A stretch of 39,113 nt of DNA, from contig JACMPN010000577.1 of the NCBI GenBank assembly GCA_014377495.1, positions 1-39,113 of the forward strand, written 5' to 3'. A model generated the notes under the pieces. That model had not been told where the DNA came from, made no database searches, and worked only from the letters and a program-made list of their open reading frames with translations. Every line of letters begins with the position of its first letter. Positions within the stretch are counted from its first letter, which is position 1. A program made the position numbers and the translations under genes. Positions 1 to 10,592 of the stretch are shown here, piece after piece. This stretch comes from Candidatus Sericytochromatia bacterium (GTDB lineage: Bacteria > Cyanobacteriota > Sericytochromatia > JACMPN01).

Positions 1-2
1 CC

Positions 3-119
3 TGGGCGCATGAGGTCGTTGTCGGGGATCCCCCCAGTTCGGCCCGTTTTGCCGCGCTGGAGTCGCTCGGCCAGCTGTCGGCTCATCTGGCCGGCTGGAC
101 GACCGGTATTCAGCTGTAA
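3..119 (+). CDS. 3' end of an unidentified CDS cut by the window edge (ends ...FAALESLGQLSAHLAGWTTGIQL*)
   Basis: Frame is open from position 3 to TAA at 117-119, with mostly G/C third positions. Too short to identify and not in the ORF track because it has no start in the window. Confidence 0.3.
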   Translation, partial: WAHEVVVGDPPSSARFAALESLGQLSAHLAGWTTGIQL

Positions 120-241
120 TCCGCTCCAGGGCCTCATTCTGATTTGAGGGGCCGCCCGGAAAACCCGTCAGGGTGTTCGATTGGCCGGGGCCCCCAGTCC
201 GCGATCAGAGAACCTCGGGCCTGGCCCACGGAAATTAGGAA

Positions 242-268
242 ACGCCGGACGGCATAACCGTCCGGCGT
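242..268. terminator. Hairpin terminator between convergent genes
   Basis: Perfect 11-bp stem acgccggacgg / ccgtccggcgt with a 5-nt loop. It lies 24 nt downstream of the minus-strand stop at 292 and is followed on the minus strand by TTCCTAATTTCC. Confidence 0.6.
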
Positions 269-291
269 TTCAATGTCTGCTGCCGGAAAGT

Positions 292-2067
292 TCAGCTGCC
301 CTGCCAGACCCCCGACAGGACGTTGTGAGCGGCATCGTGCCCACCGAACAGGTAGAGTTTGCCGCCGGCGAGGACGGGGACCTGACCGAATCCGGCGAAG
401 GGCAGATTGCCAATGGTTTTCCAAAGACCCCCGATCAGCTGATAAGCGGCGTTTGTCGGCGAGGGTGTGCCGGTCGAGTAATCGTCGCCGCCGATCGTCG
501 TCAGGGCCCCACCCCAGACGACGGTGGCCTGGGCTTCGAGGGGGCCCGGCAGACTCGGGCCGCTTTGCCAACTGCCGATCTGGCCGTTGCTGTAGCTGGC
601 CTGGAAGGTGGTGGCCATCGTCTTGCTGCCGCTGGAGCCACCGGTCACCCAGAGCTTGCCGCCGGTGATCGCTGCGCCGGCCCAGGCCCGCCGATCCGGC
701 AGCGCCGGTCCGGATTGCCAGGCCGAGAGATTGCCGGCGCCATCGGCCGTGGCGCTCCAGACGGGGGTCTGGCTGCTGTAACCGGGTCCCCAGCCACCCA
801 GCAGGATGATCCGATTGCCGTCCGTGACGACGCCGGGGAAGGCCCGGCCCTGGGGTAGGGGCGTCGTGGCCTGCCAGGGGCCCAGGCTCCCGTCGCCTGC
901 GATCGCCGCCTTGAGGACGTCCGGTCTCGGGCCGCCGACGTTGCGGCCCCAGCCGCCGATCACGTACGCATAGGACCCGATGATCGTGAAGCCGTGGCCT
1001 TCGGTCGGTTTCGGCAGACTCGTCCGGTCCTGCCAGGACCAGGCCCCCGCCGGGCTGCTCCACACGCCGGTAAAGCTCGCCGAGCCGTTGCTCCCGCCGC
1101 TGAGATAGACGGTGCTGCCTTTGGCGGCCGCCCCGTGCCAGACGAGGCCCTTGGGCATGCTCCCGACCGACTGGAAGCTGATCCCCTGGCCGGCCGGGGG
1201 CGTGGCCGACGGCTTGGATGTGGCCGTCGGTTGCGGGCTCGGCGCAGGGGTGGGTGTTGGCGTCGGCCCGGGCGACGGGGGCGATGTGCCGCCGCCGGAC
1301 AGGTCTTCGATCCGGATCTCACCCACGTTGAGTTTGTTGCCGATCGATCGCAGGGCAAACGTATGCCCCGGCGTGTTGGCGAGGAAGGGGATCGTCAGCG
1401 AGGCGGCCCGATTGCCCTCGACCCAGTAGCTGATCGTGTGGGCGTTCGTGTCGATCTCGGCGCTGAGCCGGCGGATCTCGCCGATGGCCGTCTTTTGGCC
1501 GAACCAGTGATGCCCGGTCCACCCGCTGCTGCTGGTCGGCCCGCTGTTTTGCGCCGACCAGACGGCGACGTTGCCGCCGGAGACGACCAGTTCCACATAG
1601 TTCGTTGGATTGCGGTAGTAGACGAGGACGCCGTTTTCCCCGATCGGGGGCATGTGATCGGCTTGGGCGAAAGGCTGGATGGCCAGGCTAATCCGGTATT
1701 TGGGCGGCAGTACGCCGTTTTGGCCGAAGGTGGTCCCGCTGTAACGGCGGATGCTGACGTGCGGGTAGGGTCCGGTCTCGTCCTGATGAAACACCCCGCC
1801 GCTGAATCCCTGTTGGCTGGCCAGTCGCGCCCATTTGCCGCTGTATAGCCATGCGGGGATCGGCGAGACGTCGGTGGTGGCGTCCTTGAAGTCGGATGGC
1901 TGGCCGTTGGTGGCCGGAAAGGCCGTGTAAACGGTGGGGCCGACGGCCTGGATACGGAACGGCATGCCGATAGGTGGTGCCGTAACGGGAAGGGGTGAGA
2001 GCGACGGCGGCAGACAGGCGGCGGTGAAGAGGCTGAGCACAACGGAAGCAAAAGCACGTGTGCGCAA
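292..2067 (-). CDS. Secreted protein: N-terminal LamG/DUF1080-like jelly-roll, Pro/Thr linker, C-terminal Kelch-type beta-propeller
   Basis: TTG start at 2067, preceded by GAGGA 7 nt upstream. Signal or lipoprotein-like N-terminus MRTRAFASVVLSLFTAAC. PT-rich linker at aa 257-294 (nt 1186-1299). Repeated Kelch-like blades (VYLSGGSNG, YVIGGWG, IILLGGWG, KLWVTGGSSG, KLYLFGGHD). Confidence 0.8.
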   Translation of the reverse strand: MRTRAFASVVLSLFTAACLPPSLSPLPVTAPPIGMPFRIQAVGPTVYTAFPATNGQPSDFKDATTDVSPIPAWLYSGKWARLASQQGFSGGVFHQDETGPYPHVSIRRYSGTTFGQNGVLPPKYRISLAIQPFAQADHMPPIGENGVLVYYRNPTNYVELVVSGGNVAVWSAQNSGPTSSSGWTGHHWFGQKTAIGEIRRLSAEIDTNAHTISYWVEGNRAASLTIPFLANTPGHTFALRSIGNKLNVGEIRIEDLSGGGTSPPSPGPTPTPTPAPSPQPTATSKPSATPPAGQGISFQSVGSMPKGLVWHGAAAKGSTVYLSGGSNGSASFTGVWSSPAGAWSWQDRTSLPKPTEGHGFTIIGSYAYVIGGWGRNVGGPRPDVLKAAIAGDGSLGPWQATTPLPQGRAFPGVVTDGNRIILLGGWGPGYSSQTPVWSATADGAGNLSAWQSGPALPDRRAWAGAAITGGKLWVTGGSSGSKTMATTFQASYSNGQIGSWQSGPSLPGPLEAQATVVWGGALTTIGGDDYSTGTPSPTNAAYQLIGGLWKTIGNLPFAGFGQVPVLAGGKLYLFGGHDAAHNVLSGVWQGS

Positions 2068-2264
2068 ATGTTTATCCTCACTGATGCCACCCTAAATCCC
2101 GGTGCCTCGGACAGCATAGGCCGGCCTGGCCAAAGGCATCCTGGCGGGTCCGGCCGTTCTGACGGCGGCCGGTGGGGCTGGCATACTGTGCGGACTGGCG
2201 ACGATCCCACCGGCTGGTCTCGCGAGGGCCGGACCTGGGTCTCGGATCCGCTGTGAAATGGGAG

Positions 2265-3227
2265 ATGGCAGACGTGTCACATGAGTTCCCGGCCATGATC
2301 GACGTCCGGCACCTGGTCTTCGAGTATCCGGGCGTCTGCGCTCTGGACGACGTGTCGCTGACCATCCGGCGTGGCGACGTCACGGCCCTCGTCGGTCCGA
2401 ACGGTGCCGGCAAAACCACCCTGATGCGCTGCCTGGCCGCCTTGGATCAGCCTATTTCCGGGTCGATCACCATCGACGGTCTCGACGTCCTCGCCCACCC
2501 CCGGGACTGCCACCGCAAAGTCGGGTACGTCTCGGATTTCTTCGGCCTCTTTCAGGAACTGACGGTCGGCCAGTCCCTCCACTATCTGGCCCGGGCCCAC
2601 GGCCTGCCGGAGTCCCGGGTGACGCGGGCCGTCGGTCTGGCGGCCAAACGTCTGCAGATCGACGACCGGCTGGCGCAAAAGACGAAGACCCTGTCCCGTG
2701 GCCTGAGCCAGCGGCTGGCAATCGCCCAGGCCATCGTCCATCAGCCCCAGGTGCTCCTCCTCGACGAGCCCGCCTCGGGCCTGGATCCCGAGGCTCGTAA
2801 GCACCTCTCCGACCTGTTCCTCACCCTCCGGGCAGAAGGGATCACCCTGGTCGTCTCGTCCCATATCCTGGCCGAGTTGGAGGAGTATGCGACGACGATG
2901 GTCATCGTCCGAGGCGGCAAAATTGTCGATCACCAGGCGCTCGGACTACGTGACGAGGCGACGGTGATGATCGGGCTGACCCTGAGTGAGCCTGTCGAGC
3001 GTCTGGCAGAGCGGCTCGGCACCGTGCCGGGAATCAGCCAGGTCACCGGCACCGATCTGGCGGTCTCGTTCCGCTTTGCGGCGGCGGCGGACGCCCAACG
3101 GGCCCTGCTGCAGACCCTGATCGGTGATCAGACTTTGCCCGTCTGCGGGTTTGTCGCCGAACGGACCAATCTCCAGGACGCCTATTTGCACTCGATGGGC
3201 ACGACCGTCGGCGGGGACCAGCCATGA
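2265..3227 (+). CDS. ABC transporter ATP-binding protein (ABC-2/DrrA-like, with a C-terminal accessory domain)
   Basis: Walker A GPNGAGKTT, signature LSRGLSQR, Walker B LLLDEP. The start is uncertain: ATG 2265 has GGGAG directly adjacent, and GTG 2274 or ATG 2295 are alternatives. The listed 2172 start adds Arg-rich junk. Confidence 0.85.
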   Translation: MADVSHEFPAMIDVRHLVFEYPGVCALDDVSLTIRRGDVTALVGPNGAGKTTLMRCLAALDQPISGSITIDGLDVLAHPRDCHRKVGYVSDFFGLFQELTVGQSLHYLARAHGLPESRVTRAVGLAAKRLQIDDRLAQKTKTLSRGLSQRLAIAQAIVHQPQVLLLDEPASGLDPEARKHLSDLFLTLRAEGITLVVSSHILAELEEYATTMVIVRGGKIVDHQALGLRDEATVMIGLTLSEPVERLAERLGTVPGISQVTGTDLAVSFRFAAAADAQRALLQTLIGDQTLPVCGFVAERTNLQDAYLHSMGTTVGGDQP

Positions 3228-4603
3228 ACCTCAATCCGGAATTTCAGCGCAACCTCTGGCTGGAGCTGACGCTGCATCGGCTGATCGGCATGCCCCTGGT
3301 GCTGGGCGGCATCTTTCTGCTCGCCTACCTCTCGGCGGATCCGGCGGACGGGGTCGTGACCCTGACCGCACTGACCTTGACCTGCCTGTTCACCTTCGGC
3401 TGGGGCACCTACCTGGCCGCCGAGACGGTCAGCGGCGAGATCAAGAGCCGCACGTGGGACGTCCAGCGGATGTCGTCCATCGGCCCGTGGTCCATGACCT
3501 GGGGCAAGCTCTTCGGCAGCACCATTTTCCCCTGGTACGGCAGCCTCATCTGTCTCACCGTCTACGGCCTCAGCGCGCCGGAACGCAGTCTGACGACCGT
3601 CGTCCTGCTGTTGCTGACGGGGCTCATGTCCCAGGCGGTGGCCATGCTGGCCAGTCTTGCCGCGGTCAGCAAGGGCCAGGCCCAGGGCCGTTCGGCTGTC
3701 ATCGGCTATTGCGTGATCGGGATCCTCAGTGCCTGGCCGTTGTTCAGTCTCTACCGCTTCAAGGATGCCGTCAGCTGGTTCGGCTACCCCTTTGCGGCGA
3801 TCGACCTGACCCTGATTTCCGTGACGCTGTGGGTCGTCTGGGCATTGATCGGCTGCTACCGGCAGATGAGCCGGGAGTTGCAGGTCGCCGGCACACCCGT
3901 CGTCTGGGTCAGCTTCCTGCTGTTCCTCTGGCTGTTCGTCGCCGGATTCATCCCCGCCGCCCCCGAGATCCGGGACCATATGCCCTCGCTGTACCTGGCC
4001 GTCGGGTCCGGCGTGATGCTGATTTTGACGTATGGGATGGTGTTCAACGACCGTAAGGAACCGGCAGCCATGCGCCGCATGCTGCTGGCCGCCCAAACGG
4101 GCCAGTGGCGCCGGTTGCTGGAAGACGTGCCGGTCTGGCTGCCGACGTTGGTGATGGCGACGGTGCTGGCCTTGGGCCTGATCGTCCTCCTGGTGGTCTC
4201 GCCCGTCAATGCCGTGCAGGCGGTGGCCGCCAAAGGAGCCAAAAACTGGGTCAGCACGGTGGAGGTGATCAGCTGGATCGTCGCTTTCCTGCTGTTTGCC
4301 GCGCGGGACATGGCCATCGTGCTGTTCTTCAGCCTCGGGGCCCGGCGGAACCGGGCAGACTGGACGGCGGGACTGTACCTGGCAATCCTCTATGCCCTGG
4401 TGCCCGGTCTCCTCACGGCGATGGGGGCCGGTCAGTTGGTTGCCCTGTTTTGCCCCTGGCTGGCCAGGCATCCCGGGACCAGCCTGATCGCCGGCGCCAT
4501 GCAGGTAATCCTGATGGCCGTGCTGGTGCACCGTCGCTGGCAAAACGGCTTCGGCAAGCCCCGGGTCATTGCGGCGACTCCCGCGGCAGGGTTCGCCCGC
4601 TAA
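3224..4603 (+). CDS. Polytopic membrane protein, putative permease partner of the ABC ATPase
   Basis: Its ATG overlaps the upstream stop (ATGA at 3224-3227). About 12 hydrophobic segments over 459 aa, which is larger than a typical 6-TM ABC-2 permease. Confidence 0.75.
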   Translation: MNLNPEFQRNLWLELTLHRLIGMPLVLGGIFLLAYLSADPADGVVTLTALTLTCLFTFGWGTYLAAETVSGEIKSRTWDVQRMSSIGPWSMTWGKLFGSTIFPWYGSLICLTVYGLSAPERSLTTVVLLLLTGLMSQAVAMLASLAAVSKGQAQGRSAVIGYCVIGILSAWPLFSLYRFKDAVSWFGYPFAAIDLTLISVTLWVVWALIGCYRQMSRELQVAGTPVVWVSFLLFLWLFVAGFIPAAPEIRDHMPSLYLAVGSGVMLILTYGMVFNDRKEPAAMRRMLLAAQTGQWRRLLEDVPVWLPTLVMATVLALGLIVLLVVSPVNAVQAVAAKGAKNWVSTVEVISWIVAFLLFAARDMAIVLFFSLGARRNRADWTAGLYLAILYALVPGLLTAMGAGQLVALFCPWLARHPGTSLIAGAMQVILMAVLVHRRWQNGFGKPRVIAATPAAGFAR

Positions 4604-4842
4604 ACAGGTTCGACGAGGCCGGCCGTGAGCCGCTGAAAGGCGACGAGCACGGTTTGCACAGCTTCCCAGTCATCGCACGATGAGGCCAATGCGGCTACGG
4701 CCTCGGACTTGACGGCCTCGCCGCGCGAGGCTGCGGCGGCGGCGGTCTGCAGGGTCTCTAAGAACAGGGACTTGTCACCATCGGACAACCGACCGAGTTC
4801 TTCGTCCAGCTGCGCCATCAGCGCCATATCGATCTCGGCCAT
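4600..4842 (-). CDS. Small acidic hypothetical protein (80 aa)
   Basis: ATG at 4842 is preceded by AGGAGGAAAG. Helical, Asp/Glu-rich sequence MAEIDMALMAQLDEELGRLSDGDK... Divergent from the 5037 gene. Confidence 0.6.
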   Translation of the reverse strand: MAEIDMALMAQLDEELGRLSDGDKSLFLETLQTAAAAASRGEAVKSEAVAALASSCDDWEAVQTVLVAFQRLTAGLVEPV

Positions 4843-5036
4843 GACTCTTTCCTCCTGGGGTTTTGCCGGGTGCAGCGTCATGCTCCCATGATCCGGTCCC
4901 GCCCGCCGCAGGGCCGGCGCCGGCCGAAGTGCCCCGAGGCAGCGGTTGGTGGAAACCTGTAACCGTTTTCAGCAAGCTTGCCGGCATTTCCGACGACAGC
5001 AGAATGCGGGACGCTATCGGCTGAAAAGAGGCGCCA

Positions 5037-6635
5037 ATGAGCGGTGTGCGTGAGAGGTTCCAGTCGGGCGGCGGCATCAATGCCACCGAGGCCCGCCAGC
5101 TGATGATGCTCGCCGTGCCCATGGCCAAGGGCCAGCAGATCTCCAACGAGCATGCCCTGGTCAAGGTCCTGGAAGCCGAGGGACTGCCCACGGCGGATGC
5201 CCAAGCCGCCGCCCACAAGATCCATGACGTCTGGTCCAAAGCCAATACGTCGAAAGCCTACGACTCCCAATTTGCCAAAGAAAACGGAGGCCAGGCCGTC
5301 ATCGCCTTCGATCCGGCCAGCCTGCACTTCCCCGTGACCGGGTCCGTGGCCGCACAGCCCGCCTCGGCCGTGCTTCCCACCGTGCCGGTCCCATCCCTGG
5401 ATGCCAGGCTGGCGACGGTGATGACGGCCGGACGGGTCGATCATGCGGCTGCCGTGGCCATCATCAGCGACGCCGGTGGCGCAACCAGTCCGACCGCCCG
5501 GGGGCGGATCCTGGAGGGGCTGATCCCCTACACGACAAGCCAGGCGGATGCCGCGGTGCTGGCTTCGCAGATCATGGATGTGGCGGCCGGTCCCATGCAC
5601 CCGCCAGTGACCTGGCGACCTGTGAGCAATCCGGCGACGCCGAGCGGGGTGCAGGTCCGCCCCGATACGGGCGCCGGGCTCGATCCTGCCGGCCGCACGG
5701 GTGCCATCCGCACCGCGCTGGCCACCAATGACGTGGCCACCGCCAGAGGGGTTTGTGCGGGCGCCGGCCTCAGCGTCCGGGCGGCCATCATGGACGGGTT
5801 GCTGAAGGAACCGACGCTGGCCCCGGCAGTGGGCCGCATCCTGGCGACCGATCCCCAATTGGCGGATGTCCTCGGCGCTGCCGGGACCACAACCGATGTC
5901 CGGCGCCTCGTCACAGGCGCCACGGATGTCATCCTGCCATCGTTGGCGGTCGAGCCGCAGTCGGGGTTGACCCCGGGGGAAGCTCAGGGTGCCCGTGACG
6001 GGCTCACCGAGTACTTTACCGGCGCACCTGCCCGCCTCGATACGGTCTTGGCCAACGTTAGTTCGACCGTGGGCGATTTTTCCAAGGGCGATCTGGCCAA
6101 GGTCATCCTGCCGGGCTTTGCCAAGCTCGCCACACCGAACACGGCGAACTACGCCCGCCTCACCGGCCTCCTCGAACATGCCGTGGGATCGGCCGGGGGG
6201 GCGGACACGGAGCGGCGTGACCTCACCCGGGCCATCCGGCGGGTGCATTACTCGGACACCGCCCTGCAGTTTGTCGGATTCGACATGGGCACGCATGAGC
6301 CGAGTGCCAAGGTGACCGGCGCCGTGAATGACATCGCCTCGTCACTGGGCCACCGCTGGAAGGAAATCCCCGGCAGCGACGGGAAGGACGTGGACGTCTC
6401 CCATGCCCTTGTGGCGGCGGATGCCTACATGAACGCCAGCACGGTCGCGGCCTGGGTGTTCACGGATTTTGGCGACTTCATGTCCGGCGCCCTGTCCAAA
6501 ATCGGCGTCACCGGGGCGGGGGACGACAATGAGCCCGATAATCGGGGCAACGACATGGGTGAGCGGATATACGACCGGATCTCCGCCGGTTCCAAGGCGC
6601 CGCTGTCGGAACTCCTGCAAGCAACGGCCCCATAG
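5037..6635 (+). CDS. Hypothetical protein, 532 aa, no recognised domain
   Basis: AAGAGG lies 6 nt upstream of the ATG. Protein-like composition throughout, while the overlapping antisense ORF 4878-6296 is Arg/Gly/Pro junk. No signal peptide and no TM segment. Confidence 0.7.
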   Translation: MSGVRERFQSGGGINATEARQLMMLAVPMAKGQQISNEHALVKVLEAEGLPTADAQAAAHKIHDVWSKANTSKAYDSQFAKENGGQAVIAFDPASLHFPVTGSVAAQPASAVLPTVPVPSLDARLATVMTAGRVDHAAAVAIISDAGGATSPTARGRILEGLIPYTTSQADAAVLASQIMDVAAGPMHPPVTWRPVSNPATPSGVQVRPDTGAGLDPAGRTGAIRTALATNDVATARGVCAGAGLSVRAAIMDGLLKEPTLAPAVGRILATDPQLADVLGAAGTTTDVRRLVTGATDVILPSLAVEPQSGLTPGEAQGARDGLTEYFTGAPARLDTVLANVSSTVGDFSKGDLAKVILPGFAKLATPNTANYARLTGLLEHAVGSAGGADTERRDLTRAIRRVHYSDTALQFVGFDMGTHEPSAKVTGAVNDIASSLGHRWKEIPGSDGKDVDVSHALVAADAYMNASTVAAWVFTDFGDFMSGALSKIGVTGAGDDNEPDNRGNDMGERIYDRISAGSKAPLSELLQATAP

Positions 6636-6899
6636 CCCGATTCTATGAACGGCTGCGCTGTCGTCGCCGCAGGCTGGCCTGAGAGCGAGTCATTTGCTGG
6701 GTGTTTTGGGGCAAAAGTCTGAATTTTTATCAATCGATCGGGTACAGGACAGCGTTGGGCAGTCGCCCTAACGCTGCATGCCGCTGGCACACTCCCTCAG
6801 GGTGAGCGGTCAGGAGACCTCCATGGCTATCGACGGCGCGCCTCTACGAGTGTCAGCTATAACTGCGGTACGACTGATAATAAGATCACCTTCACCGGC

Positions 6900-7187
6900 A
6901 TGAACAAAACGCAGGCCGCTGAACTCGATACCACCCTGAAAAAGCTCGATGGCAACGGTGACGGGCGTGCCCATGGCCTGCGGATGAACCCCAACAGCAT
7001 CCGGGACCAGACCCCGACCTTGCGCTCGCCACCCGGGAACGTCGACAGGACGACCGGCGGGCTCACGTCGTGGGGGCAGACTGCCCTGGTCACCGGGATG
7101 AACTCCGTCAAGGCATTGCAGGCCAGCGGCACGCCCGTCCAGTTGGCGATCGGCCTGCCGTTTGGCTTTACGAAGCCAAGCCCCTAG
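6900..7187 (+). CDS. Hypothetical 95-aa ORF in a lower-GC gap (weak call)
   Basis: No SD. The frame is open back to 6723 without a canonical start. A plus-strand hairpin plus T-tract follows at 7239-7281, which argues for some plus-strand transcription. Confidence 0.3.
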   Translation: MNKTQAAELDTTLKKLDGNGDGRAHGLRMNPNSIRDQTPTLRSPPGNVDRTTGGLTSWGQTALVTGMNSVKALQASGTPVQLAIGLPFGFTKPSP

Positions 7188-7238
7188 CGATGGGCCAAGG
7201 CCCCCTGGCGGCTGTTTTTCATCCCAGATTGACAGATC

Positions 7239-7281
7239 CCGGTCGGACGAGATGATCGTCCGGCCGGGGTTTCCGTTTGGG
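7239..7281 (+). terminator. Rho-independent-like terminator
   Basis: Stem ccggtcggacga / tcgtccggccgg (one mismatch), loop gatga, followed by GGTTTCCGTTTGGG. Confidence 0.45.
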
Positions 7282-7305
7282 AAATACCGGGTCGGCCGGC
7301 TCGGA

Positions 7306-8673
7306 TCAACGGCGGGTGGGTGCGGCGGCAGAGTCGGACTGCTGCCCGGGCAGGGCGTGGGCGTGAAAGGCCTTGGCGTAGTCTTTGCCGACGATGACCG
7401 TGAAGTCCGTCGAGATGTCGCCGACGCTGGCTGAGACCGTCTCCGCCGGGATGCCCAGCGCCGTTTGCAGGGACGGCGCCATGTCGGTGATACCCGTCTG
7501 GCAGATGACCTGGCTCTGGGCCACGGCCCGGGTATAGGGAGCGATGGCCCAGACGTTCCAGCCCGAAAGCCGCAGGGCCCGGGCGGCTTTGGTGGCCATC
7601 ATCGACTCACCGCTGCCGTTGAGGACGGTGACGCGCACGGTCTTCTGCCGGTCGACGGTCTCCGCCTGCATCGACCGCTGGTTGACCAGGGCCGAGTCGG
7701 GGAACAGGTCCGTGATCGCATTTTGGGCGGCGATGCTATTCGGCAGCCAATAGCTGGCGAGGTATTTGCCGGAGGAGAAGTTGCCCGGCAGCATGACCAT
7801 GCGGATGTCGCTCTTGGGCAGGCCGCGGGCGAAGTTGGCCACCCGCACGAGGTCTCGGTAGGGCACGTTGGTGTCGATGTACTGCTGGGCCGTGCCGACG
7901 ATCTGCGGCAGGCGGGCCAGGACCAGCGGGTTCAGCATGCGCTCCAGGCAGGCCCGGATGAAGGTCTGCTGGCGCTGGACCCGGCCGATGTCGCCGAGGG
8001 CGTCATGGCGGAAGCGGACGTACTGATGGGCCTGGGCGCCGTTCATGTGGTGCCAGCCCTTGTGGATGTTGATCCCCAGATGGGCCGTCTCGTCCACGTA
8101 ATACATCCGCTCGTCGACGTGGATGTCGACTCCGCCGATGAGGTCGACCAGAGCCACCAGACCGTCGACCCGCAACGCCAGAAAGCCGTCGATGGGCACG
8201 CCGGTGAAGCTGGTCACGGTCTTCATGGTCAGCTCGGGTCCGCCGATGGCGTACGCCGCGTTGATCTTGTCGTAGCTGTTCTGGCCGGGGATCAGCACCC
8301 GGGTGTCGCGGGGGATGGAGAGGACGTTGATCCGCTTGCGGGCAGGATCGGCGCCGATCATCATCAGCGTGTCGGAGCGGGTGCTCCCGCCCTCGACACG
8401 CTTGCCGTGGCTGTCATAGGCAATGTCCGAGCCGAGGACGAGGATGTTCAGCTTCTGGTTCAGCGGCATGGCCAGCGACGGCAGATCCGCCAGGCTCAGC
8501 GAGCCCGGCTTGAGACTGCCCCAGGTGGCTGCCAGTACGCCCCCCAAACTCCCGCCGCCCGCACTGAGCAGCATGATCACTGCCAGGATGACGGGTCGCC
8601 AACGCCGTGTCCGGCGCGGGAGACGCGCAGGTGGGGCGGGAGGCGTGCGGCGGGGAGGTGGGGTAACCATCAT
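7306..8673 (-). CDS. LytR-CpsA-Psr (LCP) family protein with N-terminal TM anchor and C-terminal LytR_C-like domain
   Basis: Motifs LNILVLGSD, RSDTLMMIGADP, VLSIPRDT, KINAAYAIGG, VPIDGFLALRVDGLVALVDLIGGV. I take the ATG at 8673, 11 nt after the mdh stop. The listed 8754 start would overlap mdh. Confidence 0.85.
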   Translation of the reverse strand: MMVTPPPRRTPPAPPARLPRRTRRWRPVILAVIMLLSAGGGSLGGVLAATWGSLKPGSLSLADLPSLAMPLNQKLNILVLGSDIAYDSHGKRVEGGSTRSDTLMMIGADPARKRINVLSIPRDTRVLIPGQNSYDKINAAYAIGGPELTMKTVTSFTGVPIDGFLALRVDGLVALVDLIGGVDIHVDERMYYVDETAHLGINIHKGWHHMNGAQAHQYVRFRHDALGDIGRVQRQQTFIRACLERMLNPLVLARLPQIVGTAQQYIDTNVPYRDLVRVANFARGLPKSDIRMVMLPGNFSSGKYLASYWLPNSIAAQNAITDLFPDSALVNQRSMQAETVDRQKTVRVTVLNGSGESMMATKAARALRLSGWNVWAIAPYTRAVAQSQVICQTGITDMAPSLQTALGIPAETVSASVGDISTDFTVIVGKDYAKAFHAHALPGQQSDSAAAPTRR

Positions 8674-8683
8674 CGTCGTGCGG

Positions 8684-9691
<1,008 letters not shown>

Positions 9692-9998
9692 CTAATCAGT
9701 CTACCGGAAACTGCCTGCAGTGCCCCAGCCAACCCCGTCGGCAGGGCCCGCCGCATCGCCGTGTCCCTAGCGGGATCAGATCCCGTCAGTTTGATCGGGA
9801 GCATATCCCTTCGCCTGCCGGATCGCCGGCCGATGGACCCTGTGTGCGGCATGTGGGATGGTGCCAAACAGGCTGGTGAGGCACGGGGCTCGCCGATGGC
9901 GACCCGTGCTGCCGCATACAGGAGCACGGGCGGTGGGTGGCGCGACCTTACGTCGCAGCAAGCGCAGCGTGGCCCAGGGTTCCCGTAAAATACCCACC

Positions 9999-10592
9999 AT
10001 GCCGCCACCATCGTTCATGCCAGCCGATTTTCTCCTGCCCACACCCGAGGTGGCCAGACGGCTCATCGGTGCTTACCTGCTGCGGGCGACGCCCGACGGC
10101 TGGGTCCGCTGCCGCATTCTGGAAACCGAGGCCTATCTGTCGGTCGGAGACCCTGCCAGTCATTCGCACCAAGGCCAGACGCCGCGCAACGCCCCGATGT
10201 TCGGCCTGCCAGGCACGAGCTACGTCTATTTCACCTATGGGTCCTGCCACTGTCTGAACGTTGTCACCCAGGCTGCCGGCATGGGTGAAGCCGTCTTGAT
10301 CCGGGCCGTTGAACCTGTAGACGGGGGCGATTGGCTGTCGGCCAATCGCCCGATTTCCGATCGGCGCCAGCTGACCAACGGTCCCGGCAAGCTCTGTCAG
10401 GCCCTGGCCCTGGACCGGGGCCACAACGGGCTCGATCTGCTCGGTGGGACGGTGTTGCGGCTGGAACCGGGTCCGGCACCACCGGTCGTTGCTGTGGGCC
10501 GCCGGGTCGGGATCTCTCGCGCCGTCGACCTGCCATTGCGGTTCGTTTGGCCCGGCCACCCGGGCGTTTCCCGGCCGCGTCTCGCCCCATGA
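9999..10592 (+). CDS. mpg: DNA-3-methyladenine glycosylase (AAG/Mpg family)
   Basis: Family-typical ILETEAY, DPASHS, RNAPMFGLPGTSYVYFTYG, NGPGKLCQALAL. ATG at 9999 gives a 197-aa protein; the listed upstream extension is Arg-rich. Confidence 0.9.
   Translation: MPPPSFMPADFLLPTPEVARRLIGAYLLRATPDGWVRCRILETEAYLSVGDPASHSHQGQTPRNAPMFGLPGTSYVYFTYGSCHCLNVVTQAAGMGEAVLIRAVEPVDGGDWLSANRPISDRRQLTNGPGKLCQALALDRGHNGLDLLGGTVLRLEPGPAPPVVAVGRRVGISRAVDLPLRFVWPGHPGVSRPRLAP

Noticed and set aside
134-1063. 309-aa minus-strand ORF and several plus-strand ORFs (181-858, 994-1848, 1395-2210) overlapping the Kelch gene
   Set aside because: Their composition is Arg/Pro/Gly-dominated with no motifs. They overlap a gene with clear domain structure, which is the typical off-frame artefact in GC-rich DNA.
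3182-4543. 453-aa minus-strand ORF antisense to the ABC permease
   Set aside because: It is highly charged His/Gln/Asp/Arg junk, and the sense frame encodes a coherent 12-TM protein translationally coupled to the ATPase.
4878-6296. 472-aa minus-strand ORF antisense to the 5037-6635 gene
   Set aside because: It is Gly/Arg/His-rich with no SD, and the plus frame has the better composition and an AAGAGG SD. Because neither has a known domain, this rejection is less certain than the others.
6715-6745. Partial resemblance (tatcaatcgatcgg) to the MITE terminal repeat CTCAATCAACGATCGG, and a 10-nt match caacgatcgg at 28770
   Set aside because: Only about 10-12 nt match, with no GAGAC terminus and no partner inverted repeat. 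Chance similarity is the simplest explanation.
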